Assembly: GCA_035540955.1 (NCBI GenBank)
Contig: DATLFP010000009.1
Coordinates: 845 to 64,844, forward strand
Reading direction: 5' to 3'
DNA: 64,000 nucleotides
Source: Acidimicrobiales bacterium
GTDB taxonomy: Bacteria; Actinomycetota; Acidimicrobiia; Acidimicrobiales; CADCSY01
Below the pieces are notes generated by a model. The model saw only the letters and a program-made list of their open reading frames with translations, had not been told where the DNA came from and made no database searches. Numbering within the stretch: position 1 is the first letter of the stretch; each line of letters begins with the position of its first letter. The position numbers and the translations under genes are program-made. Positions 9,197-17,664 of this stretch are shown here, piece by piece.

Positions 9197-9730
9197 TCAT
9201 GCCCGCCGGCGCGCCCATCGCCGGCTGCCGGCCGCCCCGATGACCAGCCCGGCCAACGCGGCCACGCCGGCGCCGAGCGCCGCCGACTCGGTCGATCGGG
9301 ACGATGAGGCCGGCTGAGCACCGTCGAGCACCGCGAGGTCCTCGGTGGCGGAACTCGCCGCCATGGTCTCGCCGACGACGACCACCCCGTTCATGCTCGG
9401 GTGCAGGTAGCACGCGTAGGGATAGGTCCCCTCGTCGTCGAAGCGGCGACTTGCTCGATCGCCGCGCTGGAGCGTGGTGTCGAGCCCCCAACCCGTGCCG
9501 ACGACCACGTGCTCGGACTGGTCGTCGTTCGTCCAGGTCACCTCGGTACCAGGCTCGACTCGCAGCACGGTCGGGGTGAAGCAGAAGCTGGACATGACCA
9601 CCGTGTCGCCGGCGCCCTCGGTCGCCTGGTGGCAGCCCCCGCCGCCACCAGCGCTGGCCCCTGAAGCCGGGATCAGGACGATGGCGGCGACCACCATCGA
9701 GATCGAGAGCATCGAGCGGCGCTTGGACAT
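9197..9730 (-). CDS. membrane-anchored cupredoxin (plastocyanin/amicyanin-like blue copper protein)
   Basis: Start MSKRRSML at 9730, preceded by GGAGGA. It has a signal peptide and type-1 Cu ligands (H in SEHVV, and C-x2-H-x2-M in YACYLHPSM). A C-terminal hydrophobic anchor is present. The track ORF (to 10240) has a non-coding-looking N-terminal extension. Confidence 0.8.
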   Translation of the reverse strand: MSKRRSMLSISMVVAAIVLIPASGASAGGGGGCHQATEGAGDTVVMSSFCFTPTVLRVEPGTEVTWTNDDQSEHVVVGTGWGLDTTLQRGDRASRRFDDEGTYPYACYLHPSMNGVVVVGETMAASSATEDLAVLDGAQPASSSRSTESAALGAGVAALAGLVIGAAGSRRWARRRA

Positions 9731-9832
9731 GCGGTCCTCCGAGGTCGGGTTCTGTCCGGTACCGACGACGGGAGGTGCCCGATGGTTCACACCGCGTGCC
9801 TCTCCGGCGTCCGGATCGCCGAAGCCGGGCCG

Positions 9833-9838
9833 TAATCT
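9833..9838 (+). promoter_or_regulatory. candidate -10 box TAATCT, 6 nt upstream of the pepF ATG (leaderless-type)
   Basis: The sequence reads TAATCT-gcggcc-ATG(9845). No SD is present. Confidence 0.35.
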
Positions 9839-9844
9839 GCGGCC

Positions 9845-11626
9845 ATGAGCACGCTGGAAGCCGAGGATGTCGTCTGGGACCTGTCCGACCTGGTGCAGGA
9901 CCGCTCCTTCGACGACCTGCTGGACGACGCTGACCGGTTGCGCGACGAGCTGGCCGCCCTCCGGGGCACGGTCGGCGGGTTCGACACCGATGCCCTCGTC
10001 GACTTCATGCGCCGCCAAGCCGAGCTGAGCGAGCTGCTCGGCCGGGCCGGCTCCTGGGCGTCGCTCCAGTTCGCCGCCGACATGGCCAACCAGGAGCACG
10101 GCGCCCGCGTGCAGCGCTTCCAGGAGCGGGCCACGGCGGTGTCGACGAAGCTCATCTGGTTCGACCTGGAGTGGGCGGCGCTCGACGACGACCACGTCGC
10201 CAAGCTGCTGACCGACGACCGGATCGCCTTCGCCCGTCACTACCTCGAGGACCTCCGCAAGTACCGGCCGTACCTCCTCACCGAGCCCGAGGAGCGCATC
10301 CTCAGCGAGAAGGCGGTGAGCGGTCGCGCCGCGTGGAGCCGGCTGTTCAACGAGCTGACGTCGTCGATCGAGGTCGACCTCGACGGCCGGCCGGCGACGC
10401 TGGAGGAGGCGCTGAGCCGCATCGCATCACCCGACGCCGAGGTGCGGGCGACGGCGGCCGCGGCCGTGACCGACGCGCTGAAGCCCGGCCTCCGCACGCG
10501 CGCGTACGTCTACAACACGCTGATGAGCGACAAGGCGACCGACGACCGCTTGCGCGGGTACCCGTCGTGGATCACGTCGCGCAACCTCAGCAACGAGGCG
10601 TCCGACGAGTCGGTCCAGGCGCTCGTCGACGCCGTGAAGCGCCGCTACGACATCCCCCAGCGGTGGTACGCGCTGAAGGCGCGGGTGATGGGCGTCGAGC
10701 GCATCAAGGACTGGGACCGGGCCGCCAGCCTCGCCACCTCCGACGCCCACATCGCGTGGGACGAGGCCAAGCAGATCGTGCTCGACAGCTACGCGTCGTT
10801 CTCCGAGGAGATGGCGGCCACCGCCCGGCGGTTCTTCGACGACCGGTGGATCGACGCGCCCGCCCGGCCGGGCAAGCGCCCGGGCGCGTTCTGCTCCTAC
10901 ACCGTCCCCTCGGTGCACCCGTACGTGTTCCTCAACTACACGGCACGCCGGCGCGACGTCCTCACCCTCGCCCACGAGCTCGGTCACGGCCTGCACGCCT
11001 ACCTCGCCCGCGAGCAGGGACCGTTCCACCAGGGGACGCCGCTCACGCTGGCCGAGACGGCCTCGGTGTTCGGCGAGACGGTGACCTTCGGCCGGCTGCT
11101 CGAGCAGACGACCGAGCCCAACGAGCGGCTGGCACTGCTGGCCGAGAACATCGAGGGCGCCATCGCGACCGTGTTCCGCCAGACGGCGATGAACCGGTTC
11201 GAGGACGGCTGCCACACCGCCCGGCGGACGGAGGGCGAGCTGTCGGTCGAGCGGTTCGGCGAGATCTGGGCCGAGACCCAGACCGAGATGCTGGGCGACG
11301 CCGTCGAGGTCACCGAGGGCTACCGCACCTGGTGGTCGTACGTGCCGCACTTCATCGGCACGCCGGGCTACGTGTACGCCTACGCCTACGGGCAGCTGCT
11401 GGCGCTGTCGGTGTACGCGCAGTACGAGACCCAGGGCAGCGACTTCGTGCCCCGCTACCTGCACCTGCTCTCCTCCGGCGGCTCCCTGGCGCCCGAGGAG
11501 CTGGGCCGGATCGTGGGCTGCGACCTCGCCGACCCCGGCTTCTGGGACGCCGGGCTCGAGATCGTCGAGCAGCAGCTCGAGCAGGCGGAGACCGCGGCCT
11601 ACGAAGCGGGAAGGATCACCCGCTGA
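9845..11626 (+). CDS. pepF: M3B oligoendopeptidase F family metallopeptidase
   Basis: 593 aa with the zinc motif HELGHGLH and a downstream E, and a PepF-like length and layout. Confidence 0.9.
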   Translation: MSTLEAEDVVWDLSDLVQDRSFDDLLDDADRLRDELAALRGTVGGFDTDALVDFMRRQAELSELLGRAGSWASLQFAADMANQEHGARVQRFQERATAVSTKLIWFDLEWAALDDDHVAKLLTDDRIAFARHYLEDLRKYRPYLLTEPEERILSEKAVSGRAAWSRLFNELTSSIEVDLDGRPATLEEALSRIASPDAEVRATAAAAVTDALKPGLRTRAYVYNTLMSDKATDDRLRGYPSWITSRNLSNEASDESVQALVDAVKRRYDIPQRWYALKARVMGVERIKDWDRAASLATSDAHIAWDEAKQIVLDSYASFSEEMAATARRFFDDRWIDAPARPGKRPGAFCSYTVPSVHPYVFLNYTARRRDVLTLAHELGHGLHAYLAREQGPFHQGTPLTLAETASVFGETVTFGRLLEQTTEPNERLALLAENIEGAIATVFRQTAMNRFEDGCHTARRTEGELSVERFGEIWAETQTEMLGDAVEVTEGYRTWWSYVPHFIGTPGYVYAYAYGQLLALSVYAQYETQGSDFVPRYLHLLSSGGSLAPEELGRIVGCDLADPGFWDAGLEIVEQQLEQAETAAYEAGRITR

Positions 11627-11640
11627 GCACGCTGACCGCG

Positions 11641-12552
11641 GTGGTCGTGCACCGACGGCGACCGGCGGCGTGCGTGCGGACCGTCGCCGCGCTGCGCGAG
11701 CAGGGCGTCGGCACGGTGGTCGTCGTCGACAACGCATCGCCGGCCGAGGACCGCAAGGCCATCCTCGACGCTCATCCCGACGTGGTGCTGCTCGAGAACG
11801 GCGAGAACCTCGGCTTCGGCCCCGCCGCCAACGTGGGGTTCCGGTGGTGGCTCACCCACGACCCGACGTTCTGGGACCGATCGGGGACGGCCGCGCGGAC
11901 TGAACGGTCCCAGAACGCGGGTGGTCGGGAGTGGGTGCTGCTGTGCCCGCACGACGCCGACCCCGCGCCCGGCTGCATCCCCGCGCTCGTCGACGCCGTG
12001 GCCGGGCGCGACGATGCCGGCCTGGCGTGCGCCGAGTACGGCGATCACGAGTGGTCGGGGCGCCCTCACATCGACCACTACTTCGGCTCGGTCCTGGTGC
12101 CGTCGGCGCGGGTGCCCGGATGGGAGTCGTGCCATCACCCGCACGGCACGATGATGCTCGCCCGGCGGGCGTGCCTCGAGGACATCGGGTTGTTCGACGA
12201 GCGCTACTTCGCCTACGGCGAGGAGGCCGATCTCGGGATGCGGGCCCGCGCCGCCGGCTGGGACGTCGGCATCGTCTGGGGGGCCGTCGTGCACAACCCG
12301 GGCATGTCGTCGGAGACCGGTGTCCCCGAGTACCTCATGCTGCGCAACTCCCTGCTGCTCGTGCGCACCTACTGGGGCGGCTACCACGCGTTCATCCGGT
12401 TCCTCATGGCGCTGGCCACGACGGCCCGGGGTGTCCTCGGCGGACGGCGCACGCCGTTCTGGCACCTCAGCGCCCGACTCTGCGCCCTGCGCGACTTCCT
12501 CCGGGGCCGCACCGGACCACCCCCGAGGACGTTCGCCCTCCGCCGCCCCTGA
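11641..12552 (+). CDS. GT2 glycosyltransferase (WbbL/rhamnosyltransferase-like) carrying an in-frame palindromic insert
   Basis: The frame continues from the pepF stop. Motifs are VVVVDNAS, ENLGFGPAAN, FDERYFAYGEEADLGMR. The start is uncertain: GTG 11641, or non-canonical CTG 11623 overlapping the pepF TGA. Confidence 0.8.
   Translation: MVVHRRRPAACVRTVAALREQGVGTVVVVDNASPAEDRKAILDAHPDVVLLENGENLGFGPAANVGFRWWLTHDPTFWDRSGTAARTERSQNAGGREWVLLCPHDADPAPGCIPALVDAVAGRDDAGLACAEYGDHEWSGRPHIDHYFGSVLVPSARVPGWESCHHPHGTMMLARRACLEDIGLFDERYFAYGEEADLGMRARAAGWDVGIVWGAVVHNPGMSSETGVPEYLMLRNSLLLVRTYWGGYHAFIRFLMALATTARGVLGGRRTPFWHLSARLCALRDFLRGRTGPPPRTFALRRP
11867..11917. repeat. palindromic element copy A (51 bp), inside the GT2 CDS
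   Basis: Arms are CGTTCTGGGACCG (11867-11879) and CGGTCCCAGAACG (11905-11917). It belongs to the same family as the copies at 34349 and 47165. Confidence 0.85.
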
Positions 12553-12613
12553 CGGTCGTGCGTGCAAGACGTTCGCCGGCTCACGGGATCACGGCAACGG
12601 CCTGATGGGTCGG

Positions 12614-13309
12614 TCAGCGCAGGGGGGCGAAGGGGGTCAGCGTGAGGTCGGCGGCGCGGGCGGCGGCGGCGACGGCGCCGTCGCACAGCACCGCCAGCTC
12701 CTGCTCGCGCTCGCGGCCGTACGACAGCGCCGCCGTCCCGCGGCCGGGGTGGCAGGCGATCTCGGTCCAGCCCGGCCCCACGCTGCGGATGACGCCGACC
12801 AGCGCGTCGACCGTGATCCCCTCGGGGTACGGGTCGCCGGTCCCGCTCTGGCCGTAGAACTCGCCGCGGTACACGAAGCCCGGCGTCACCTGGCGCACCG
12901 GGATCCCGAGCCGGCGCCCGGCGTCGCGCAGCAGCCGCCGTGCCGGGCCCTGACGGTGGACGTGCTGGTGCGAGTCGAGGTGGGTCGGCGGGCGGCCGAG
13001 GAGCGCGTCGAACGCGGCCAGCTGGGCGTCGATCTCGGCCGCCACCGCGTCGTCGTCGTCGGTGTCGACGACCGTGTACGCCGGCTCCCACCCTCCGTTG
13101 CCGTGGACCCACTCACCGAGGTCGAGGTGCAGCCCGACGCCGAGCTGCGGGTGGCGCCGGGCCAGGTCGGCGGCCGCCGGCACCGCCTCGGCCCGCACCA
13201 TCAGGCTGGTGCTCGTCACGATGCCACGGACGTACGCCTCGACCACGCCGGCGTTCACCCCGTCGCACAGGCCGAAGTCATCGGCGTTGACGACGACGTG
13301 GCGCGTCAC
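12614..13309 (-). CDS. ChbG/YdjC-family carbohydrate deacetylase
   Basis: GTG start at 13309 (GTGA overlap with the upstream stop). Motifs VNADDFGLCDGVN, TSTSLMV and LDSHQHVH are typical of YdjC-like proteins. Confidence 0.85.
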   Translation of the reverse strand: MTRHVVVNADDFGLCDGVNAGVVEAYVRGIVTSTSLMVRAEAVPAAADLARRHPQLGVGLHLDLGEWVHGNGGWEPAYTVVDTDDDDAVAAEIDAQLAAFDALLGRPPTHLDSHQHVHRQGPARRLLRDAGRRLGIPVRQVTPGFVYRGEFYGQSGTGDPYPEGITVDALVGVIRSVGPGWTEIACHPGRGTAALSYGREREQELAVLCDGAVAAAARAADLTLTPFAPLR

Positions 13310-14256
13310 CGGAGCCGCTCCGTCAGCTCGAGCGCCAGCGCCAGCCAGTCGTGGTCGTGGTCCTCGGGCGGCGCCCACGCCGGCGCCCACCCCAGCCACC
13401 GTATGCACAGGTGCAGCCGGCAGGCGTCGAGGCCATCGTCGGTGACGGCATCCGCCGCCGTCGGGTCCACCGCGCCGAGGGCCTGCCGGTAGGCGTCGAC
13501 GAGCACGCGCCGGGCTTCGTCGTCCCAGCCCTCCACCAGCGCGGCCAGATCGACCAGGGGCGGCCCTACCGCGGCCGTCTCCCAGTCGATCACGGCCACC
13601 CGCGGCTCGGGGGTCTCGACCACGAGGACGTTGGACGGATAGAGCTCGCCGTGCACGAACGTGCTCGGCATCGCGAGGAGTCGTTCGACGACCTCCTCGT
13701 GCCGGGCGAGCACCGGTTGGAGGCGCCGGTCGGTGTCGCCGGCGAACGCCGCCGCTCGTGTCGCCCACTGGCGATAGAAGTCGGCGTCGTAGTCCACGAG
13801 CAGCGACCGCACCGTCGGCGGGGCGTCCTCTTCGAGGTGGGCGGCGTGCAACGACGCCGCCCACCGGGCCACCGCCGTCCAGACGGCGAGGTCGCCGACC
13901 TGCCAGAGCTCGATGCCGTCGACGTGCTCGAGGAACAGCCACCGGCGCTCGCCGTCCTCGACGGCACCGTGGAACATCGGCGATTCGAGCCACGGGGGGA
14001 GGACATCCCGGTACACGGCGACTTCCCGCCGGGGATCGAGCAGGAAGTCCGGCTTGGTGGCGCGGGCGGTCGGCAGCAGGGACCCCGGGCTGAGGTCCTT
14101 CCGCAGCACGCCCGACGGTGTCCGCGCGCCCGGCGGGACGAGGAGGTCGATCGGGGCGCTGGTGGAGTACGCGTGCCGGTGCAGGACCACCGCAGCGTCG
14201 CCCCGCGCGGCGCGGGCAACGAGCTCCTGAGGGGTCGGTGAGCCGTCGCTGCTCAC
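13306..14256 (-). CDS. APH-like (aminoglycoside/choline kinase fold) phosphotransferase
   Basis: 316 aa from GTG 14256 (GTGA overlap with the wecB stop). It has the Brenner-type motif FVHGELYPSNVLV and a VIDWETA (DxD-like) segment. Confidence 0.7.
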   Translation of the reverse strand: MSSDGSPTPQELVARAARGDAAVVLHRHAYSTSAPIDLLVPPGARTPSGVLRKDLSPGSLLPTARATKPDFLLDPRREVAVYRDVLPPWLESPMFHGAVEDGERRWLFLEHVDGIELWQVGDLAVWTAVARWAASLHAAHLEEDAPPTVRSLLVDYDADFYRQWATRAAAFAGDTDRRLQPVLARHEEVVERLLAMPSTFVHGELYPSNVLVVETPEPRVAVIDWETAAVGPPLVDLAALVEGWDDEARRVLVDAYRQALGAVDPTAADAVTDDGLDACRLHLCIRWLGWAPAWAPPEDHDHDWLALALELTERLR

Positions 14257-15359
14257 ACCGCGAGATCCGTCGGTCGCGCCGGCGGGCCCGCGGCGACGCG
14301 ACGGATGAGCTCGTCGGCGATCCGGACCCCGGCGCGTCCGTCCCACGATGCCGGGCGACGGGCCGGCACGCCGTCGCGCAGGACGCGGCGGGCCTCGGCC
14401 ACGATGCGGTCTCGGTCGCGTCCCACCAGCACGTTGGTCCCCTCGGTGATCGTGATCGGCCGCTCGGTGTTGTCCCGGAGGGTGAGGCACGGGACGCCGA
14501 GCACCGTCGTCTCCTCCTGCACGCCGCCGGAGTCCGTGAACACGATGGCGGCCTGCGCCTCGAGGGCGAGGAAGTCGAGGTACCCGAGCGGGTCGACGAG
14601 GCGGAGACCGGCGCCGTGCCCGAGCTCGTCGAGCCGCGCCCGCGTGCGCGGGTGCACCGGGAAGACCAGCGGCACGTCGGCGGCGACCACGTCGATGGCG
14701 TCGACCAGCGCGGCGAGCGTCCGCGTGTCGTCCACGTTCGCCGGCCGGTGCAGGGTCACCAGCCCGTACCCCCGGGCGTCGAGACCGAGCTGCCGCAGCA
14801 CGGGACGCGCCTTCGCCCGGTCGAGGTTGGTCAGCAGCGAATCGACCATGACGTTGCCGACGAGCGCGATCTGGTCGGACCGGTAGCCCTCGGCATGGAG
14901 GTTGTCGACGGCGTCGGGCGAGGGAGCGAGCAGCACGTCGCTCACGCGGTCGGTGACGACGCGGTTGACCTCCTCCGGCATCGCCCAGTCCCGGCTGCGC
15001 AGCCCGGCTTCGACGTGGGCGACGAGCGGTCCCGCCTTGGCGGCGACGATGGCGCATGCCATCGTCGAGTTCACGTCGCCGACGACGACCACGACATCCG
15101 GCTCCAGCTTCTCGAGGAGGGGTTCGAACGCGGTCATGATCCGGCCGGTCTGCTCGGCGTGGCTGCCCGAGCCGACTTCCAGGTGGTGATCGGGAGCCCG
15201 GATGCCGAGCTCGTCGAAGAACACGCCGCTCATGGCGCGGTCGTAGTGCTGCCCGGTGTGCACGAGACAGGTCTCGACGTCCCGGTCTTCGAGCCCGTCG
15301 AGCACCGGCTTGACCTTCATGAAGTTCGGCCGCGCCCCGGCGACGCAGACAACCCTCAT
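14253..15359 (-). CDS. wecB: UDP-N-acetylglucosamine 2-epimerase (non-hydrolysing)
   Basis: Start MRVVCVAGARPNFMK at 15359 (ATGA overlap). Motifs HTGQHYD, VVGDVNST, DSGGVQEE and NTERPIT are present. Confidence 0.9.
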   Translation of the reverse strand: MRVVCVAGARPNFMKVKPVLDGLEDRDVETCLVHTGQHYDRAMSGVFFDELGIRAPDHHLEVGSGSHAEQTGRIMTAFEPLLEKLEPDVVVVVGDVNSTMACAIVAAKAGPLVAHVEAGLRSRDWAMPEEVNRVVTDRVSDVLLAPSPDAVDNLHAEGYRSDQIALVGNVMVDSLLTNLDRAKARPVLRQLGLDARGYGLVTLHRPANVDDTRTLAALVDAIDVVAADVPLVFPVHPRTRARLDELGHGAGLRLVDPLGYLDFLALEAQAAIVFTDSGGVQEETTVLGVPCLTLRDNTERPITITEGTNVLVGRDRDRIVAEARRVLRDGVPARRPASWDGRAGVRIADELIRRVAAGPPARPTDLAV

Positions 15360-16558
15360 GCCGACCGCCGCAGCTGGGCGGACCATCCGAGCATCTCGAG
15401 CAGCCTGCGCGCGAACGCGTCGGAGATCCTGTCAGGTGCGAGCGCGGCCCGGTGCTCGACGATCGCCCGTCGGAGCGGCGCGAGGTCCGTCGTGAGTGCA
15501 GCATGCATGGCGTCGGTCAGGTCCTGTCGGTCGGGTTGGTAGGAGAGCACGCCCGGCATCGCGGCCAGGCCGGCAAGGCCTCCGCGAGCGGCCACGAGCA
15601 CGGGCACGCCGAACGTGACAGCGAGCATCGCCGCGCCCGAGTTCAGCGCCTGGCGGTACGGCAGTACGGCGACGTCCGCGGCGCGGTAGTAGTACTGCAC
15701 GTCTTCGATCGGCACCCGGGCGATCTCGACGGTCGCGTCGAGGCGTCCCGCCGCCCACACGCGCAGCTCGGAGCCGAATCGCTCGTCCGGCGCGTTGCCG
15801 GCAATGACCAGTCGCGCCGGCCGGTCGAGGTCGCGGGACGCGAGTCGTTCGAACGCCGCGAGCAGCTCCTCCACGCCCTTGTACGGCTGCAACGAACCGA
15901 AGAGCAGGAAGACGACCTCGCCGGGCCTGACTCCGAGCTCGCTGCGGGCCTCGGCCCGGCTCACGTGATCGGGATAGGCGCCGGCGTAGGTGGGATGCGG
16001 CACGTGGAAGACCTTGTGCTCGGGGATGGGCGCGCGCTCCCGGAACAGGTCGACGGTGTCGTCGGTCATGACGTGCACGGCGTCTGCGGCGGCGATCAGC
16101 GCCTGCCGCAGGGCGATCTCGTGGTCGAGGTGGCGGGCGTCGTGCGGCAGCACGTTGTGGGCCGTCCACACCAGACGGTGACCCTGGCGCTGCACGGCGT
16201 CGAGCTGGTCGGAGAACGTCGCAACGAGATCGTCGGCCTCGGCCTCGCTCTCGGCCCCCGCCAGCACGTTCGCGATCCAGTGGAGGTGACAGACCACCCG
16301 ACCGGGCCACGGGAGCTCGGCGAGCTCACCGATGGTCTTGACCGGGAGCGTGCCGACGCCATGGTCGATGGTGCGTCCGTACAGCAGGGCTTGGAACGGG
16401 TTGGTGCGGGCCGGAGGTGTGTAGGCGAGCAGGACCGCGTGCGGGTCGTCGTCGTCGCCTCCGCCGAGCCGGTATCCCCTCGCCTCCAGCTCCATGGCCA
16501 GCTCGGCAACGGCGTCGAGGATGCTCTGCTCGTTCCGCAGCACGCGTCCGGTCCTCAT
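15356..16558 (-). CDS. GT4-like (GT-B fold, glycosyl transferases group 1) glycosyltransferase
   Basis: 400 aa. The C-terminal half reads FLLFGSLQPYKGVEELL...YYRAADVAVLPY...NSGAAMLAVTFGVPVL. It is the first gene of a 4-gene overlapping run. Confidence 0.75.
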   Translation of the reverse strand: MRTGRVLRNEQSILDAVAELAMELEARGYRLGGGDDDDPHAVLLAYTPPARTNPFQALLYGRTIDHGVGTLPVKTIGELAELPWPGRVVCHLHWIANVLAGAESEAEADDLVATFSDQLDAVQRQGHRLVWTAHNVLPHDARHLDHEIALRQALIAAADAVHVMTDDTVDLFRERAPIPEHKVFHVPHPTYAGAYPDHVSRAEARSELGVRPGEVVFLLFGSLQPYKGVEELLAAFERLASRDLDRPARLVIAGNAPDERFGSELRVWAAGRLDATVEIARVPIEDVQYYYRAADVAVLPYRQALNSGAAMLAVTFGVPVLVAARGGLAGLAAMPGVLSYQPDRQDLTDAMHAALTTDLAPLRRAIVEHRAALAPDRISDAFARRLLEMLGWSAQLRRSA

Positions 16559-16623
16559 GCTCGGACCTCACGCGGCCTCGTCGACCGGTCGGAAGGGGCG
16601 GGGTGCGATGCGATGATGGATCC

Positions 16624-17664
16624 ATGACGGACACGGCACCGACGTCGTCGAAGCCGCGCGTTGGCGTGGTCGGGTTCATCGGCTGGGGGAACTTCGGCGA
16701 CGAGCTGTTCATGCTCGTCCACCGGCAGTTCCTGTCGGCGGACTTCGACGTCGACCTGCTGCACGATCGCTTCGAGAAGCCGTACTTCAGCCGCCCGGTC
16801 GCCGAGGTCGTCGACGAGGTCGACGCCGTCGTGATCGGGGGCGGCGATCTCGTCATCCCGTGGCAGCTGTCGGAGCTCTACTGGCGCCGCGAGCTGTTGG
16901 AGCGCCCGGTGTTCCTGACGGGCATCGGCGTCCCCCGCTGGGGCGGCTACTCGCGTGCGGTGGTCGACACCATGAAGGAGTTCATCCAGCACCCCAACGT
17001 CCGCTACATCGGAGTCCGCGACGAGCCCAGTCGCGACTGGGTGCAACGGCACCTGCAGCCGAAGATCGAGATCGACTGTGCCCCCGACATCGTGTGCTCG
17101 CTCGATCTGCCGGCAGTCCAGCCGACCGACGAGCGGATCCTCGGCGTCGTCACCCGGAAGCGACGGAACGAGGGCGACGACTTCCTGTGGCTCGAGCGCC
17201 TCTGCGAGAAGGCGGCCCGGCTCGACTACCGCATCCACCACCTCGTGCTCGGAACCGGCGGCACCGGAGCGGCCGACGAGGCGGTCGAGGCCGAGTTCAG
17301 GTTCCCGGGGAAGCAGACGGTGCGCACCGACGATCTGCTCGAGCTGTGCCGCGCCGTCGGTCGCTGCACGGCGCTGGCCAGCATGAAGTTCCACGGCTCG
17401 GTCGTGGCCGCGATGTACGGCGTCCCGTCGCTCGTCCTCTCCCCGACGGACAAGAACCGCAACTTCATGAACATGATCGACCGCCCCGAGCTGCTCTCGA
17501 ACCTGTCCGACCCGCACCTCCCCGATCGCTTCTCGCCGTACCTTCCTCGCATCCCTCGCCAGACGCGAGACTGGCTCCGGGAGACCTCGACCGCGGCGAT
17601 GTTGCGGCTGGTCGAATCGATCCGCCAGGAAGTCGGCGCGGTGCGGCCTCATCGCGTGCACTGA
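16624..17664 (+). CDS. polysaccharide pyruvyl transferase family protein (CsaB/WcaK-like)
   Basis: ATG 16624 (MTDTAPTSSKPRVGVVGFIGWGNFGDELF). It has IGGGDL and a C-terminal MKFHGSVVAAMYGVPSL, typical of PS_pyruv_trans. It is the only plus-strand gene inside the locus. Confidence 0.75.
   Translation: MTDTAPTSSKPRVGVVGFIGWGNFGDELFMLVHRQFLSADFDVDLLHDRFEKPYFSRPVAEVVDEVDAVVIGGGDLVIPWQLSELYWRRELLERPVFLTGIGVPRWGGYSRAVVDTMKEFIQHPNVRYIGVRDEPSRDWVQRHLQPKIEIDCAPDIVCSLDLPAVQPTDERILGVVTRKRRNEGDDFLWLERLCEKAARLDYRIHHLVLGTGGTGAADEAVEAEFRFPGKQTVRTDDLLELCRAVGRCTALASMKFHGSVVAAMYGVPSLVLSPTDKNRNFMNMIDRPELLSNLSDPHLPDRFSPYLPRIPRQTRDWLRETSTAAMLRLVESIRQEVGAVRPHRVH

Noticed and set aside
9731-10240. N-terminal 170-aa extension of the cupredoxin ORF
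   Set aside because: It overlaps pepF on the opposite strand and lacks any signal peptide or motif. The internal start MSKRRSML has a GGAGGA site and a proper signal peptide.
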